Shown piece after piece: positions 9,187 through 16,894 of a DNA stretch of 64,000 nt (its first letter is position 1; each line of letters starts with the position of its first letter). This DNA comes from Candidatus Omnitrophota bacterium (GTDB lineage: Bacteria; Omnitrophota; Omnitrophia; Omnitrophales; Aquincolibacteriaceae), in NCBI GenBank assembly GCA_022705945.1, contig JAKJDL010000002.1, forward strand, positions 191,150 to 255,149. The letters run 5' to 3'. The notes beneath the pieces were generated by a model. That model was not told the origin of the DNA. It saw only the letters and a program-made list of their open reading frames with translations, and did no database searches. The position numbers and the translations under genes are program-made.

Positions 9187-9836
9187 AAAAGGCGGCCTTT
9201 TTTGATGTCGATGGCACGCTGGTTGCATGCCAGTCGCAAAAAAAATTTTCCGATTTTTTATTTTCAGAAAAGATACTCGGAGTTTTCCACATTCTTGTAA
9301 TCTCCTGTTGGTTTGCGGGATATCGGCTTGGACTGTTAAGAAGCAGCATTGGCATGAGAAGAGTTTTTTATCGGTTCCTTTCTTTTGATTCGGCCGAGCG
9401 CGTAAACAATCTGATGATAAAGGCATATCAGGATCTTATCCGTCCGGCATTAAACCTGTTCCTGAAAGAGCGTATTTTGGGTCTGAAAAAGCAAGGCTAT
9501 TTGATTGTTCTGCTTTCAGGGACCCTTCAGCAGTTTTGCAACCTGATTGCGGATGAGTTTGGTGCGGATCAAGCTTTCGGGACGAGGCTGATCGTAGAAG
9601 ACGGACATTTCAGAGGGAAATGGGAGGGAGACATTTTAGAAGGAGAGGCAAAGGCCAGGTTTGTGAAGAAATATTCCAAGGCGAATGACATCAGTTTGGA
9701 ACAGAGCATCGCTTATAGTGATAGTTCGGCGGACTTGCCTCTTTTGGAGATTTGCGGTTCTTCCGTTGCGGTCAATCCTGACCCGGCTCTTAAAACAATC
9801 GCTCAATCGCGCTCCTGGGAAATTTTGAATGGCTAA
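9183..9836 (+). CDS. HAD-superfamily hydrolase, subfamily IB (phosphoserine-phosphatase-like)
   Basis: FFDVDGTLV motif I, S/T motif II (LLSGT), K and DSSAD motif III/IV; ATGA overlap with the upstream acyltransferase stop. Confidence 0.75.
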   Translation: MKKAAFFDVDGTLVACQSQKKFSDFLFSEKILGVFHILVISCWFAGYRLGLLRSSIGMRRVFYRFLSFDSAERVNNLMIKAYQDLIRPALNLFLKERILGLKKQGYLIVLLSGTLQQFCNLIADEFGADQAFGTRLIVEDGHFRGKWEGDILEGEAKARFVKKYSKANDISLEQSIAYSDSSADLPLLEICGSSVAVNPDPALKTIAQSRSWEILNG

Positions 9837-12141
9837 TCTTCTGGAACAATACCTGTTGGCGTCGGTACTTACGGCAATCCTGACATTTTTTTTGGCCGTT
9901 CTTGTCAGCTGGAAGAACTACAGGCGGAAGTTGAACATCCTGTATTCGTTTTGGGCGTGCACAGTTGCCCTGTGGAGTCTGATGCTGGTTTTCAACGTGC
10001 TGGCTAAAGACCACGGCACGGCTTTACTATGTGTACGGCTGCTTCATTTCTGGGCGATCCTCCTGCCTGCGGTATATGTTCATTTTGTCTTGCTCTTTCT
10101 CTGCAAGGACGCGGCATTCAACGCGCTTATTAAGGGGACGTATGCCTTTTCGTTTTTACTGATTGCGCTGAATTTCTCACCCTGGTTTTTGTCTGTCGAA
10201 TATCGGGAGAAATTTCGTTTTTTTGCGGCGAAACCCCTCGCTTTTTACCCCATACATATAGCGATGTTCATTGCCTGTGTATGCTTCGCGATCATACAGC
10301 TTTATCTCAGCTGGCGAAAAGCCGAGGGCAGTTTCAAACGGCAGATCTGGTACTTTTTGCTGGCAACCTTAATTGGATATTCGGGCGGGATCACGAATTA
10401 TCTGATTAATTACAACATCCTTATCTATCCTCTTTATCCGTTTGGAAACTTCACAATTTGCGCTTATGTCATTGTGATCGGTTTCGGTATTCTCAAGTAT
10501 CAACTGATGGATATTTCCGTCATCATCAAGCGGACGGTGGTTTTTACTGGGCTGTTCGGTATTTTAATGGCTGTGGTGGGGATAGTTACGACGCTTGCTC
10601 ACAACTATTTGGGACAATTTATCGGGATCGGGCAGACAACACGTCAGATACTGAGCATCCTCATCGCGATGCTGCTGGCTGACCCGATCAGGAAGCTTCT
10701 GGTCAATCTCACGGACAGGTTCCTGTTCCAGAAAAAATATAATTATCACAAGCTCCTGAAAGACGCTTCGCGGGGGATGTCGAACATCGAATCCCTCGAG
10801 CACCTGCTCGGCCTTGTGGTCCATTTCGTGACGATGAAAATGCGCGTGAAGAACGCGTCGGTGCTGATGCGCGACATCCATTCGAGCGATTTCAATCTCG
10901 TTTACCAGCGCGGTTACGACAAAAAATTCCTTTCACTGACCCTGAATGACGAGGATCCGCTGATTGACTATATCGGGCATCATAAGGAGGCGGTCGATAT
11001 CGAGAGGATCAAGGAGAAGATCGAGGCGGCGCGCTACGGACGCAAGGATAAAAAAGAGGCCGATCATTGGGACTATGAGGCGATCCGGGACAGGATGATC
11101 TACCTGCAGGCGACCTGCTGCGTGCCGAGCTTCCTGGGTCGCGAGCTCAAGAACATCCTGATGCTTGGAGAAAAAAAATCGGGCGAACATTACTCTACTG
11201 AGGACCTGAACCTTCTTTACACACTCGCGCAGGAATCCGCTATCGCGATCGAGAACGCGCGGCTCTATGACGAGGCAAAGCGCCGCTCGCTTGATCTCGA
11301 ACAGATCAACGATCAACTTGAGCGTTCACGGGGCCTTTTAGAGCGCGCGCTAAACGAGGCCGAAGGTGCCAATAAACAGCTCCAGGACGCGCAGGCCCAG
11401 CTCATCCACGAGCAGAAGATGGCGACCCTGGGACGTCTGGCGGCTTCGGTCGGTCATGAGGTCAATAACCCGCTCACGATCCTTTCGATGAACGTGTCTC
11501 GCGCGATACTCAAATACCGCAAAGATCCGGATCTCAAGGTCTCCGAGATCATGGATGTGTTCGACAAGATGGAGAAAAATATCGAGCGCATCAAGGCGGT
11601 CGTGAATACCCTCACGGGGCTTCTCAAAAAGTCGGAGAAAGGGAAGTTTGAACCGCTTTCGCTCAAGCTGATCCTGGAAGAGACGCTTCCGCTCGTTCAG
11701 TTTCAGACCTATCTCGATAATCTTTCCGGGACGGAAGTGGATTTCAATGTGCCTGGCAATATCCCGCTCATCCGCGGCGACCTGGAGCGTTTGCAGGAAG
11801 TTTTCCTTAATATGTTCATCAACGCCTATCACGCGATGGCGGGCAAGCGTCACCGGAAGATCGCGGTGCGAGCCGAGATTGATCAGGAAAATCAGGGGAT
11901 GGTCGCGATCCATTTTACCGATAACGGCTGCGGGATGACGGAAGAGGTCCGGAAGAAAATTTTCAATTACGGGTTCACGACGAAGCCCTCCGGCAAAGGG
12001 TCCGGCCTCGGGCTTTACATGTGCAAATATATTATCGAGCTGCACGGCGGCACGGTTTTGGTGAAGTCGCGTCTCGGCGAAGGGACGACGTTTACGCTTA
12101 CGCTTCCGGTGTATGGGGAAGACTTTAAAATCAGCTCATAG
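9829..12141 (+). CDS. sensor histidine kinase, paralog of 5017..7284 (7TM sensor, GAF-like, HisKA, HATPase_c)
   Basis: Same architecture and shared blocks (YQLMDISVIIKRTV vs YRLMDIETVIHKTV; HEVNNPLT). Start overlaps the HAD stop by 8 nt. Confidence 0.85.
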   Translation: MANLLEQYLLASVLTAILTFFLAVLVSWKNYRRKLNILYSFWACTVALWSLMLVFNVLAKDHGTALLCVRLLHFWAILLPAVYVHFVLLFLCKDAAFNALIKGTYAFSFLLIALNFSPWFLSVEYREKFRFFAAKPLAFYPIHIAMFIACVCFAIIQLYLSWRKAEGSFKRQIWYFLLATLIGYSGGITNYLINYNILIYPLYPFGNFTICAYVIVIGFGILKYQLMDISVIIKRTVVFTGLFGILMAVVGIVTTLAHNYLGQFIGIGQTTRQILSILIAMLLADPIRKLLVNLTDRFLFQKKYNYHKLLKDASRGMSNIESLEHLLGLVVHFVTMKMRVKNASVLMRDIHSSDFNLVYQRGYDKKFLSLTLNDEDPLIDYIGHHKEAVDIERIKEKIEAARYGRKDKKEADHWDYEAIRDRMIYLQATCCVPSFLGRELKNILMLGEKKSGEHYSTEDLNLLYTLAQESAIAIENARLYDEAKRRSLDLEQINDQLERSRGLLERALNEAEGANKQLQDAQAQLIHEQKMATLGRLAASVGHEVNNPLTILSMNVSRAILKYRKDPDLKVSEIMDVFDKMEKNIERIKAVVNTLTGLLKKSEKGKFEPLSLKLILEETLPLVQFQTYLDNLSGTEVDFNVPGNIPLIRGDLERLQEVFLNMFINAYHAMAGKRHRKIAVRAEIDQENQGMVAIHFTDNGCGMTEEVRKKIFNYGFTTKPSGKGSGLGLYMCKYIIELHGGTVLVKSRLGEGTTFTLTLPVYGEDFKISS

Positions 12142-12338
12142 CTATTATCTCTTGGTGAAGTTTCTGAGTTTTTGCTATAAGCTATTGACTGCAGGATATC
12201 AGGCTGTTGAAGCGGCCAAAATGCTGAAACGGTTTGATCAGAGCGAAAAAACCTGGCCGGTAGCCTGTGGCAAATTCCGCAGGTTTGGGGTTATCGGTCT
12301 CAAGCTAAGGACCGTCGGCTATAAGCTACGGGTTGCAT
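12133..12338. repeat. intergenic repeat family, copy A (AGCTCATAG...TTTTTGCTATAAGCTATTG... plus a GGTTATCGG / GTCGGCTATAAGCTA unit)
   Basis: Shares its core with the copies at 12695, 13349 and 14254; starts at the HK stop codon. Confidence 0.7.
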
Positions 12339-12339
12339 A

Positions 12340-12696
12340 ATGAAAAAAATCCTGATCGTTGACGACGAGACGGGCATCGTCGAGGAGATCAAAAGTTTCC
12401 TCGCCGAGGAGGGTTATGAAGTGAGGACTGCGGATACCGCGAAGTCGGGGATCCAGGTCCTCGAGGAAATGAACCCGGACGTCGTTTTCATTGACGTGAA
12501 GCTTCCGGATATGTCCGGGATCGAGGTGCTCAGGTTCGCGAAGGAAAAGCATCCGCGGACAAGGACGGTGATGGTCACAGGATATGTGGACCAGAACCTG
12601 ATGGATGAAGCGGAGTCGCTTGGGCGGGACGCGTTTCTCCAGAAGCCCTTTGACCTTATCAGGATCGTGGAAGAAATCGAGTGCCTCACGGCGTAG
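12340..12696 (+). CDS. response regulator, stand-alone receiver domain
   Basis: KILIVDDE, phospho-Asp (VFIDVKLPDMSG), T (MVTGY), K (QKPF); 118 aa. Confidence 0.85.
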   Translation: MKKILIVDDETGIVEEIKSFLAEEGYEVRTADTAKSGIQVLEEMNPDVVFIDVKLPDMSGIEVLRFAKEKHPRTRTVMVTGYVDQNLMDEAESLGRDAFLQKPFDLIRIVEEIECLTA

Positions 12697-12800
12697 CTCA
12701 TGGTCAAGAATCCTCGGTGAATATCTTTTTGATTTTGCCGCAAGCTATTGGCTATAGGTTGTCAGCCGAATGCTGTTGGCTACAGGTTATCGGCTAACCC
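12695..12800. repeat. intergenic repeat family, copy B
   Basis: AGCTCATGGTCAAGAATCCTCGGTGAATATCTTTTTGATTTTGCCGCAAGCTATTGGCTATAGGTTGTCAGCC...GGCTACAGGTTATCGGCTAA. Confidence 0.7.
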
Positions 12801-12814
12801 CGGAGTAATGCCCG

Positions 12815-13357
12815 ATGAATTTTATTCGCACGGAAATAGACGGTGTTGTGATCATTGACCCGAAGGTTTATTCGGACGCGCGGGGTTTCTTCTTTGAAAG
12901 CTACCGCCGGGACATTTTTTTCAAAGAGGGGATCGTGGAGGAATTTGTCCAGGATAATTACAGCTCGTCCCGGAAGGGGGTGCTCCGGGGGCTTCATTTT
13001 CAGATTGAGCCGGAGGCGCAGGCGAAGCTTGTGCGGGTGACGAGGGGTTCGGTTTTTGATGTTGCCGTGGACCTGAGGAAGGGTTCAGGAACGTTCGGGA
13101 AATATTGCGCGGTGACGCTCTCGGCCGAAAACAAAAAGATGCTTTATATTCCCAAAGGGTTCGCTCACGGGTTTTGTGTGCTGGAAGACAACACCGAGTT
13201 CTTCTATAAATGCTCCGGATACTATTCGCCCGCGCACGAGCGAGGGATCATCTGGAATGACCCGCAGCTTGCGATCCCATGGCCGAAGCTCAACTGCGAG
13301 TTCATCCTTTCCGATAAGGACAGGAAGTATCCCACCCTGGAAGCTTATAGCTCATAG
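12815..13357 (+). CDS. rfbC: dTDP-4-dehydrorhamnose 3,5-epimerase
   Basis: Cupin-type RmlC signature (DPKVYSDARGFFFE, GLHFQ, KGFAHGF). Confidence 0.9.
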   Translation: MNFIRTEIDGVVIIDPKVYSDARGFFFESYRRDIFFKEGIVEEFVQDNYSSSRKGVLRGLHFQIEPEAQAKLVRVTRGSVFDVAVDLRKGSGTFGKYCAVTLSAENKKMLYIPKGFAHGFCVLEDNTEFFYKCSGYYSPAHERGIIWNDPQLAIPWPKLNCEFILSDKDRKYPTLEAYSS

Positions 13358-13410
13358 CCAAGAACCTTCGGGAAGTGTTTTTGGGATTTCGCTATCAGCT
13401 GATTTTCGGG
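13349..13410. repeat. intergenic repeat family, copy C
   Basis: AGCTCATAGCCAAGAACCTTCGGGAAGTGTTTTTGGGATTTCGCTATCAGCTGATTTTCGGGG; supplies stop codons to both convergent genes. Confidence 0.65.
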
Positions 13411-13837
13411 GCCGGATATTCCAGCTGTGGGGGAGTGTGACGGGGGCCTTATGCCTGATCTCGACGGGGAAGGTTTTTTTGAAGGTATCATAGAAGCACA
13501 TGCCGGATTCTTTGTGGCAGTAATAGAAAACACCCGTCAAAGTTACGTTCGTTTTTCCCGGGGAACCCCGAAAGAGCAGCTTGTAGGGCGGATTGAACGG
13601 GCTGAAATCCTTGCCACATGTCCGGCCGAAATTGACAATCGAAGCGTCCTCCGAACTGCAACTGAGTTTATAGGGGGAATCCGTTGTGAACTGATATCCC
13701 TCGGGAAGGCTGAAGCGGAGGGCGATTACAGAGGGCTCACCCTCAGGCGTTTTCCCCCGGTCTTTCGGTATCGTGAGGATCAGGAAGAGGGCGACGGCGC
13801 CTGTAGCCAAAACAGCGAAAAGCATCTTCGTTTTCAA
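13352..13837 (-). CDS. hypothetical signal-anchored/secreted protein
   Basis: N-terminal hydrophobic helix (MKTKMLFAVLATGAVALFLILTIP); the last 15-19 codons run into repeat copy C; AT-rich divergent promoter region upstream of its start. Confidence 0.4.
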   Translation of the reverse strand: MKTKMLFAVLATGAVALFLILTIPKDRGKTPEGEPSVIALRFSLPEGYQFTTDSPYKLSCSSEDASIVNFGRTCGKDFSPFNPPYKLLFRGSPGKTNVTLTGVFYYCHKESGMCFYDTFKKTFPVEIRHKAPVTLPHSWNIRPRKSADSEIPKTLPEGSWL

Positions 13838-13965
13838 GAAAACTCCTCCGTCCCTAAAATATTTTATCGCTGCGCCTGTCAGGAAAGTTTAAAATAGTGT
13901 CGCTATGCGCGAAATATTCATAAAATATTATCGTCAAGGATTATTTTATTCCAAACCCTAATTTT

Positions 13966-14011
13966 CACCCACTCCAACACCCGGGCCTAAGTCCCGGTGT
14001 TGGAGTGGGTG
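13966..14011. promoter_or_regulatory. near-perfect 19-20 bp inverted repeat (hairpin, 7-nt loop)
   Basis: CACCCACTCCAACACCCGGG-cctaagt-CCCGGTGTTGGAGTGGGTG, immediately upstream of the RBS/GTG of the DUF167 gene. Confidence 0.5.
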
Positions 14012-14027
14012 AGAGGATGGAAAAGCG

Positions 14028-14246
14028 GTGAAGATTACGGTTACGGTGAAGGCGAATTCGAAAGAGGAGAAAATCGAGGAAACCGGCCCCGGGGAATATC
14101 GCTTGCGGGTCAAGGCCCCGCCGGTTGAGGGCCGTGCGAACGAGGCCGTGATCAAACTTCTCGCCGCTCATTTCGGGGTTCCGAAGAGCCGTGTCGAGAT
14201 CCTGGCGGGCACTTCCTCAAAACGGAAGCTTGTGAGTATCGGATAG
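14028..14246 (+). CDS. DUF167/YggU-family small protein
   Basis: VEGRANEAVIKLLAAHFGVPKSRVEILAGTSSKRKLV matches the YggU consensus; GTG start with a GAGAGGA RBS. Confidence 0.8.
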   Translation: MKITVTVKANSKEEKIEETGPGEYRLRVKAPPVEGRANEAVIKLLAAHFGVPKSRVEILAGTSSKRKLVSIG

Positions 14247-14253
14247 TTCGCGC

Positions 14254-14340
14254 AACTCACAGCCAAGAATCTTCGACGAATACTTTTTTGATTTTGCTAT
14301 ACAGGCCTCAGGCTGTCGGCTATATACTGCAGGCTGAGAG
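14254..14340. repeat. intergenic repeat family, copy D
   Basis: AACTCACAGCCAAGAATCTTCGACGAATACTTTTTTGATTTTGCTATACAGGCCTCAGGCTGTCGGCTATATACTGCAGGCTGAG. Confidence 0.7.
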
Positions 14341-14416
14341 AGTTGAGGGTTTGAATCTGCAGACCGCAGTCGCAGGTTTGTTTCCGCAATCGTTATGCAA
14401 TGCCCGTTGAACGTTG

Positions 14417-14425
14417 TGCTAGAAT
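14417..14425 (+). promoter_or_regulatory. extended -10 promoter element (TGcTAGAAT), 8 nt upstream of the ATG; leaderless candidate
   Basis: TTGAAC at 14407 is too close to act as a -35. TAGAAT ends 8 nt before ATG 14434 and there is no SD. Confidence 0.4.
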
Positions 14426-14433
14426 AAAAAATC

Positions 14434-16782
14434 ATGTTCCGAAAAATCGCCGAATTTATCGATCACTTCCGCTGGCCCGTATTGCTCGCGATGATCGTGA
14501 GTCTTTTCATAATGGGCAACGCGGCCATGCGCCTCAAGGTCGATCCCTCCATCGAGCCCCTCTTCATCAAAAAATCCGAGGAATACAAGTATTACCAGGC
14601 TTACCGCGAGAAATACGGCTCCGACCAGATGATCGCCGTCGCGATGGCCACCGATGATCTTTTTACGGACGAGAACTTCAGGATCCTCAAGAATGTCACA
14701 AAAGGCATCCAGAGCTTCGACCGGGTCGAGCGCGTGATCAGCCTCGCGAACGCCCAGGATATCCGCCACAAATTCCTCGGCGTGAAGACCGAGCTTGCCT
14801 TCAAGGAGGTCGAGGAGGGCGATAAAAGTGTTGCGCAAATGAAAAAGCGCATCCTCGCCAACGAGCTTTACGTGAGCAATATCGTTTCCAAGGACGGAAG
14901 GATAGGGAATATCGTCGTCTATCTGAAAACCGACGGTGATCCTTCCGCAAACGGCGTTTTCATCCAAGACCTCAAAAAATACCTGGAGGATTTTGAAAGG
15001 CCGGGGCTCAAGTTTTACATGGCCGGCGCGCCGGTCGAACAGTATGAGTTTATTCATCTGATCCACCGCGACCAGATGGTCTTTATCCCGACGATCACGG
15101 TGATCCTGATCCTTGTGACTTTTTTGATCTACCGGAGCTTCGCGTGCATGTTCCTCTCCATGTCGATCGTGTTCACGACGCTCGTCTGGACCATGGGGAC
15201 GATCGCGCTCCTCGGCCAGGAGTTGAACCTTATGACTTCGCTCCTCGCGCCCGTGATCATGATCGTCGCGGTGCTGAATGCGACCTACCTGATCAACCTG
15301 TTTTTCGAGATCCGCCCGCATCATGCCAGCCTCAAGGAGTGTGTGCTGTTGACGATCCAGCAGCTCGGGCTTCCGTGTTTCCTCACGCATTTTACGGCGG
15401 TGCTCGGATTTTCGTCGCTCGCCCTGAGCCCGATCCCCGCGATCCAGAGCTTCGGTCTCTACGCCGCGCTCGGGACATTTTACGCTTATATCATCGAGAT
15501 CGTGCTGACGGTGCTTCTACTCCCGATCCTTCCTTACCGACCGAAAAAGATAGACGCTTTCGATGAAAGCCATTTTTTCAACCGGGTTCTGATCGGGTTC
15601 CTCGAGAACCTGGAAGCCCGCTGGCGCTGGCTGATCCTGCTGGTGACGGGTGCCGTTCTCGTTTTATCGATCTTCGGCATCCGGAAGATCGAAGTCGACA
15701 CGAATATCGTCAAGCAGATGAAGCCCAGTCTGCCGCTCGCGATCGCGACCCGTTTTATCGATGAGAACCTCACCGGAGTTTATTCGCTTGGATTCGTGAT
15801 GCGCCGCAAGGACGGCGAGACGATGGTAGATCCGGCCACGCTCAGGCGTCTTGATGAGTTCAAGACCTATCTTGAAGGCGAGCCGGGGATCGCCAAGGTG
15901 AACTCGATCACGACCCTTGTGAAAAAGATCAATGAGGCCCGGGCGGGGGACGACGATAAATACGAGATCCCGGGGAAGCCGGAACTCCTGAAGCTTTATT
16001 TCAAGGGGATGGTGAAATCGGGGGATCCCGAGCTTTGGAAGATGATCTCCGAAGATCTCAAAGAGGTCCGGATCGAGGCCCGGATGAAGGCTATCGGCAC
16101 GACGCAGGGGGCGGCCCTGGAAGACAGGATCCGGGAGTATCTGGACACGAACATGAGCCGTTATTTTGAATACAAGCTGACGGGGAACGTGGTCCTGCTC
16201 GGAAAGATTTCAAAAGCGCTTGTTCACGAGCAGTCGCAGAGATTCGGGTTTGCCTTTGCTTCCATCCTGACCGTGATCGTTCTTATCTTCCGCTCCCTGC
16301 GCCTGGGAATGCTTGCCGCGATCCCGAATCTTCTTCCGATCCTCGCGGTCTACGGGTTCATGGGCTACGTGGGGATCGAACTTTCAACGGCGACGGCGAT
16401 GATCGCTTCAATCGTGCTCGGGCTTGTGGTGGACGCGTCGATCCAGTTCATCTACCGTTTCGAAAAAGAGTTCCAGCACCGTTTCCACTACCTGCAATCC
16501 CTCCACCACACCTACCGGAACGTCGGTCAGTCGATGGTGCTTTCGGCGCTGATCCTCTGCCTGGGGTTTGCGTCGAGTGTTTTCGCTAGCTTCAGGATCA
16601 CGGTCCATTTCGGGGTTCTGACAAGCCTCACGATTTTTCTCGCGCTCCTCTGCTCGCTTCTTGTTATGCCGGTGTTTCTCGTGATGATCAAGCCCTTCGG
16701 GCCCCAGCGGCTTTTTAAGAGAAAGCTCAAGGGGGGGGATTCGTTCCACGGCCAGCGGCCCGGCCCGCCTGATGGTATATAA
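14434..16782 (+). CDS. MMPL/RND-superfamily exporter (HpnN-like, sterol-sensing-domain type)
   Basis: 782 aa with two 6-TM bundles, each preceded by a large periplasmic loop; MMPL-like topology and motifs. Confidence 0.85.
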   Translation: MFRKIAEFIDHFRWPVLLAMIVSLFIMGNAAMRLKVDPSIEPLFIKKSEEYKYYQAYREKYGSDQMIAVAMATDDLFTDENFRILKNVTKGIQSFDRVERVISLANAQDIRHKFLGVKTELAFKEVEEGDKSVAQMKKRILANELYVSNIVSKDGRIGNIVVYLKTDGDPSANGVFIQDLKKYLEDFERPGLKFYMAGAPVEQYEFIHLIHRDQMVFIPTITVILILVTFLIYRSFACMFLSMSIVFTTLVWTMGTIALLGQELNLMTSLLAPVIMIVAVLNATYLINLFFEIRPHHASLKECVLLTIQQLGLPCFLTHFTAVLGFSSLALSPIPAIQSFGLYAALGTFYAYIIEIVLTVLLLPILPYRPKKIDAFDESHFFNRVLIGFLENLEARWRWLILLVTGAVLVLSIFGIRKIEVDTNIVKQMKPSLPLAIATRFIDENLTGVYSLGFVMRRKDGETMVDPATLRRLDEFKTYLEGEPGIAKVNSITTLVKKINEARAGDDDKYEIPGKPELLKLYFKGMVKSGDPELWKMISEDLKEVRIEARMKAIGTTQGAALEDRIREYLDTNMSRYFEYKLTGNVVLLGKISKALVHEQSQRFGFAFASILTVIVLIFRSLRLGMLAAIPNLLPILAVYGFMGYVGIELSTATAMIASIVLGLVVDASIQFIYRFEKEFQHRFHYLQSLHHTYRNVGQSMVLSALILCLGFASSVFASFRITVHFGVLTSLTIFLALLCSLLVMPVFLVMIKPFGPQRLFKRKLKGGDSFHGQRPGPPDGI

Positions 16783-16800
16783 AAAAAAGTATAAAAAAAA

Positions 16801-16829
16801 GATGCAAATATTTTGTTTATGGATATAAT
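16801..16829 (+). promoter_or_regulatory. promoter-like -10 (GATATAAT) upstream of the DUF11 lipoprotein gene
   Basis: TATAAT at 16824-16829 in an A-rich spacer; a 65-nt leader with a strong SD (AAGGAGG) follows. Confidence 0.35.
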
Positions 16830-16894
16830 CAACGCCTGCTGACAGTTATCGTAGACTGAGCTAACACAGCTTTAACCAACCAAGGAGGCATCAA

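Noticed and set aside
13427-13897. 156-aa + strand ORF overlapping the minus-strand signal-anchored ORF
   Set aside because: Less protein-like and with no RBS. The minus-strand frame has a clear N-terminal hydrophobic anchor and a divergent promoter region.
14407-14412. TTGAAC as a -35 box for the MMPL promoter
   Set aside because: Only 7 nt separate it from the TAGAAT hexamer. The promoter is better explained as an extended -10 (TGcTAGAAT) type.
14419-15390. 323-aa minus-strand ORF antisense to the MMPL gene
   Set aside because: Arg/His/Asp-rich composition typical of GC-rich antisense frames; it lies entirely within a convincing 782-aa transporter gene.
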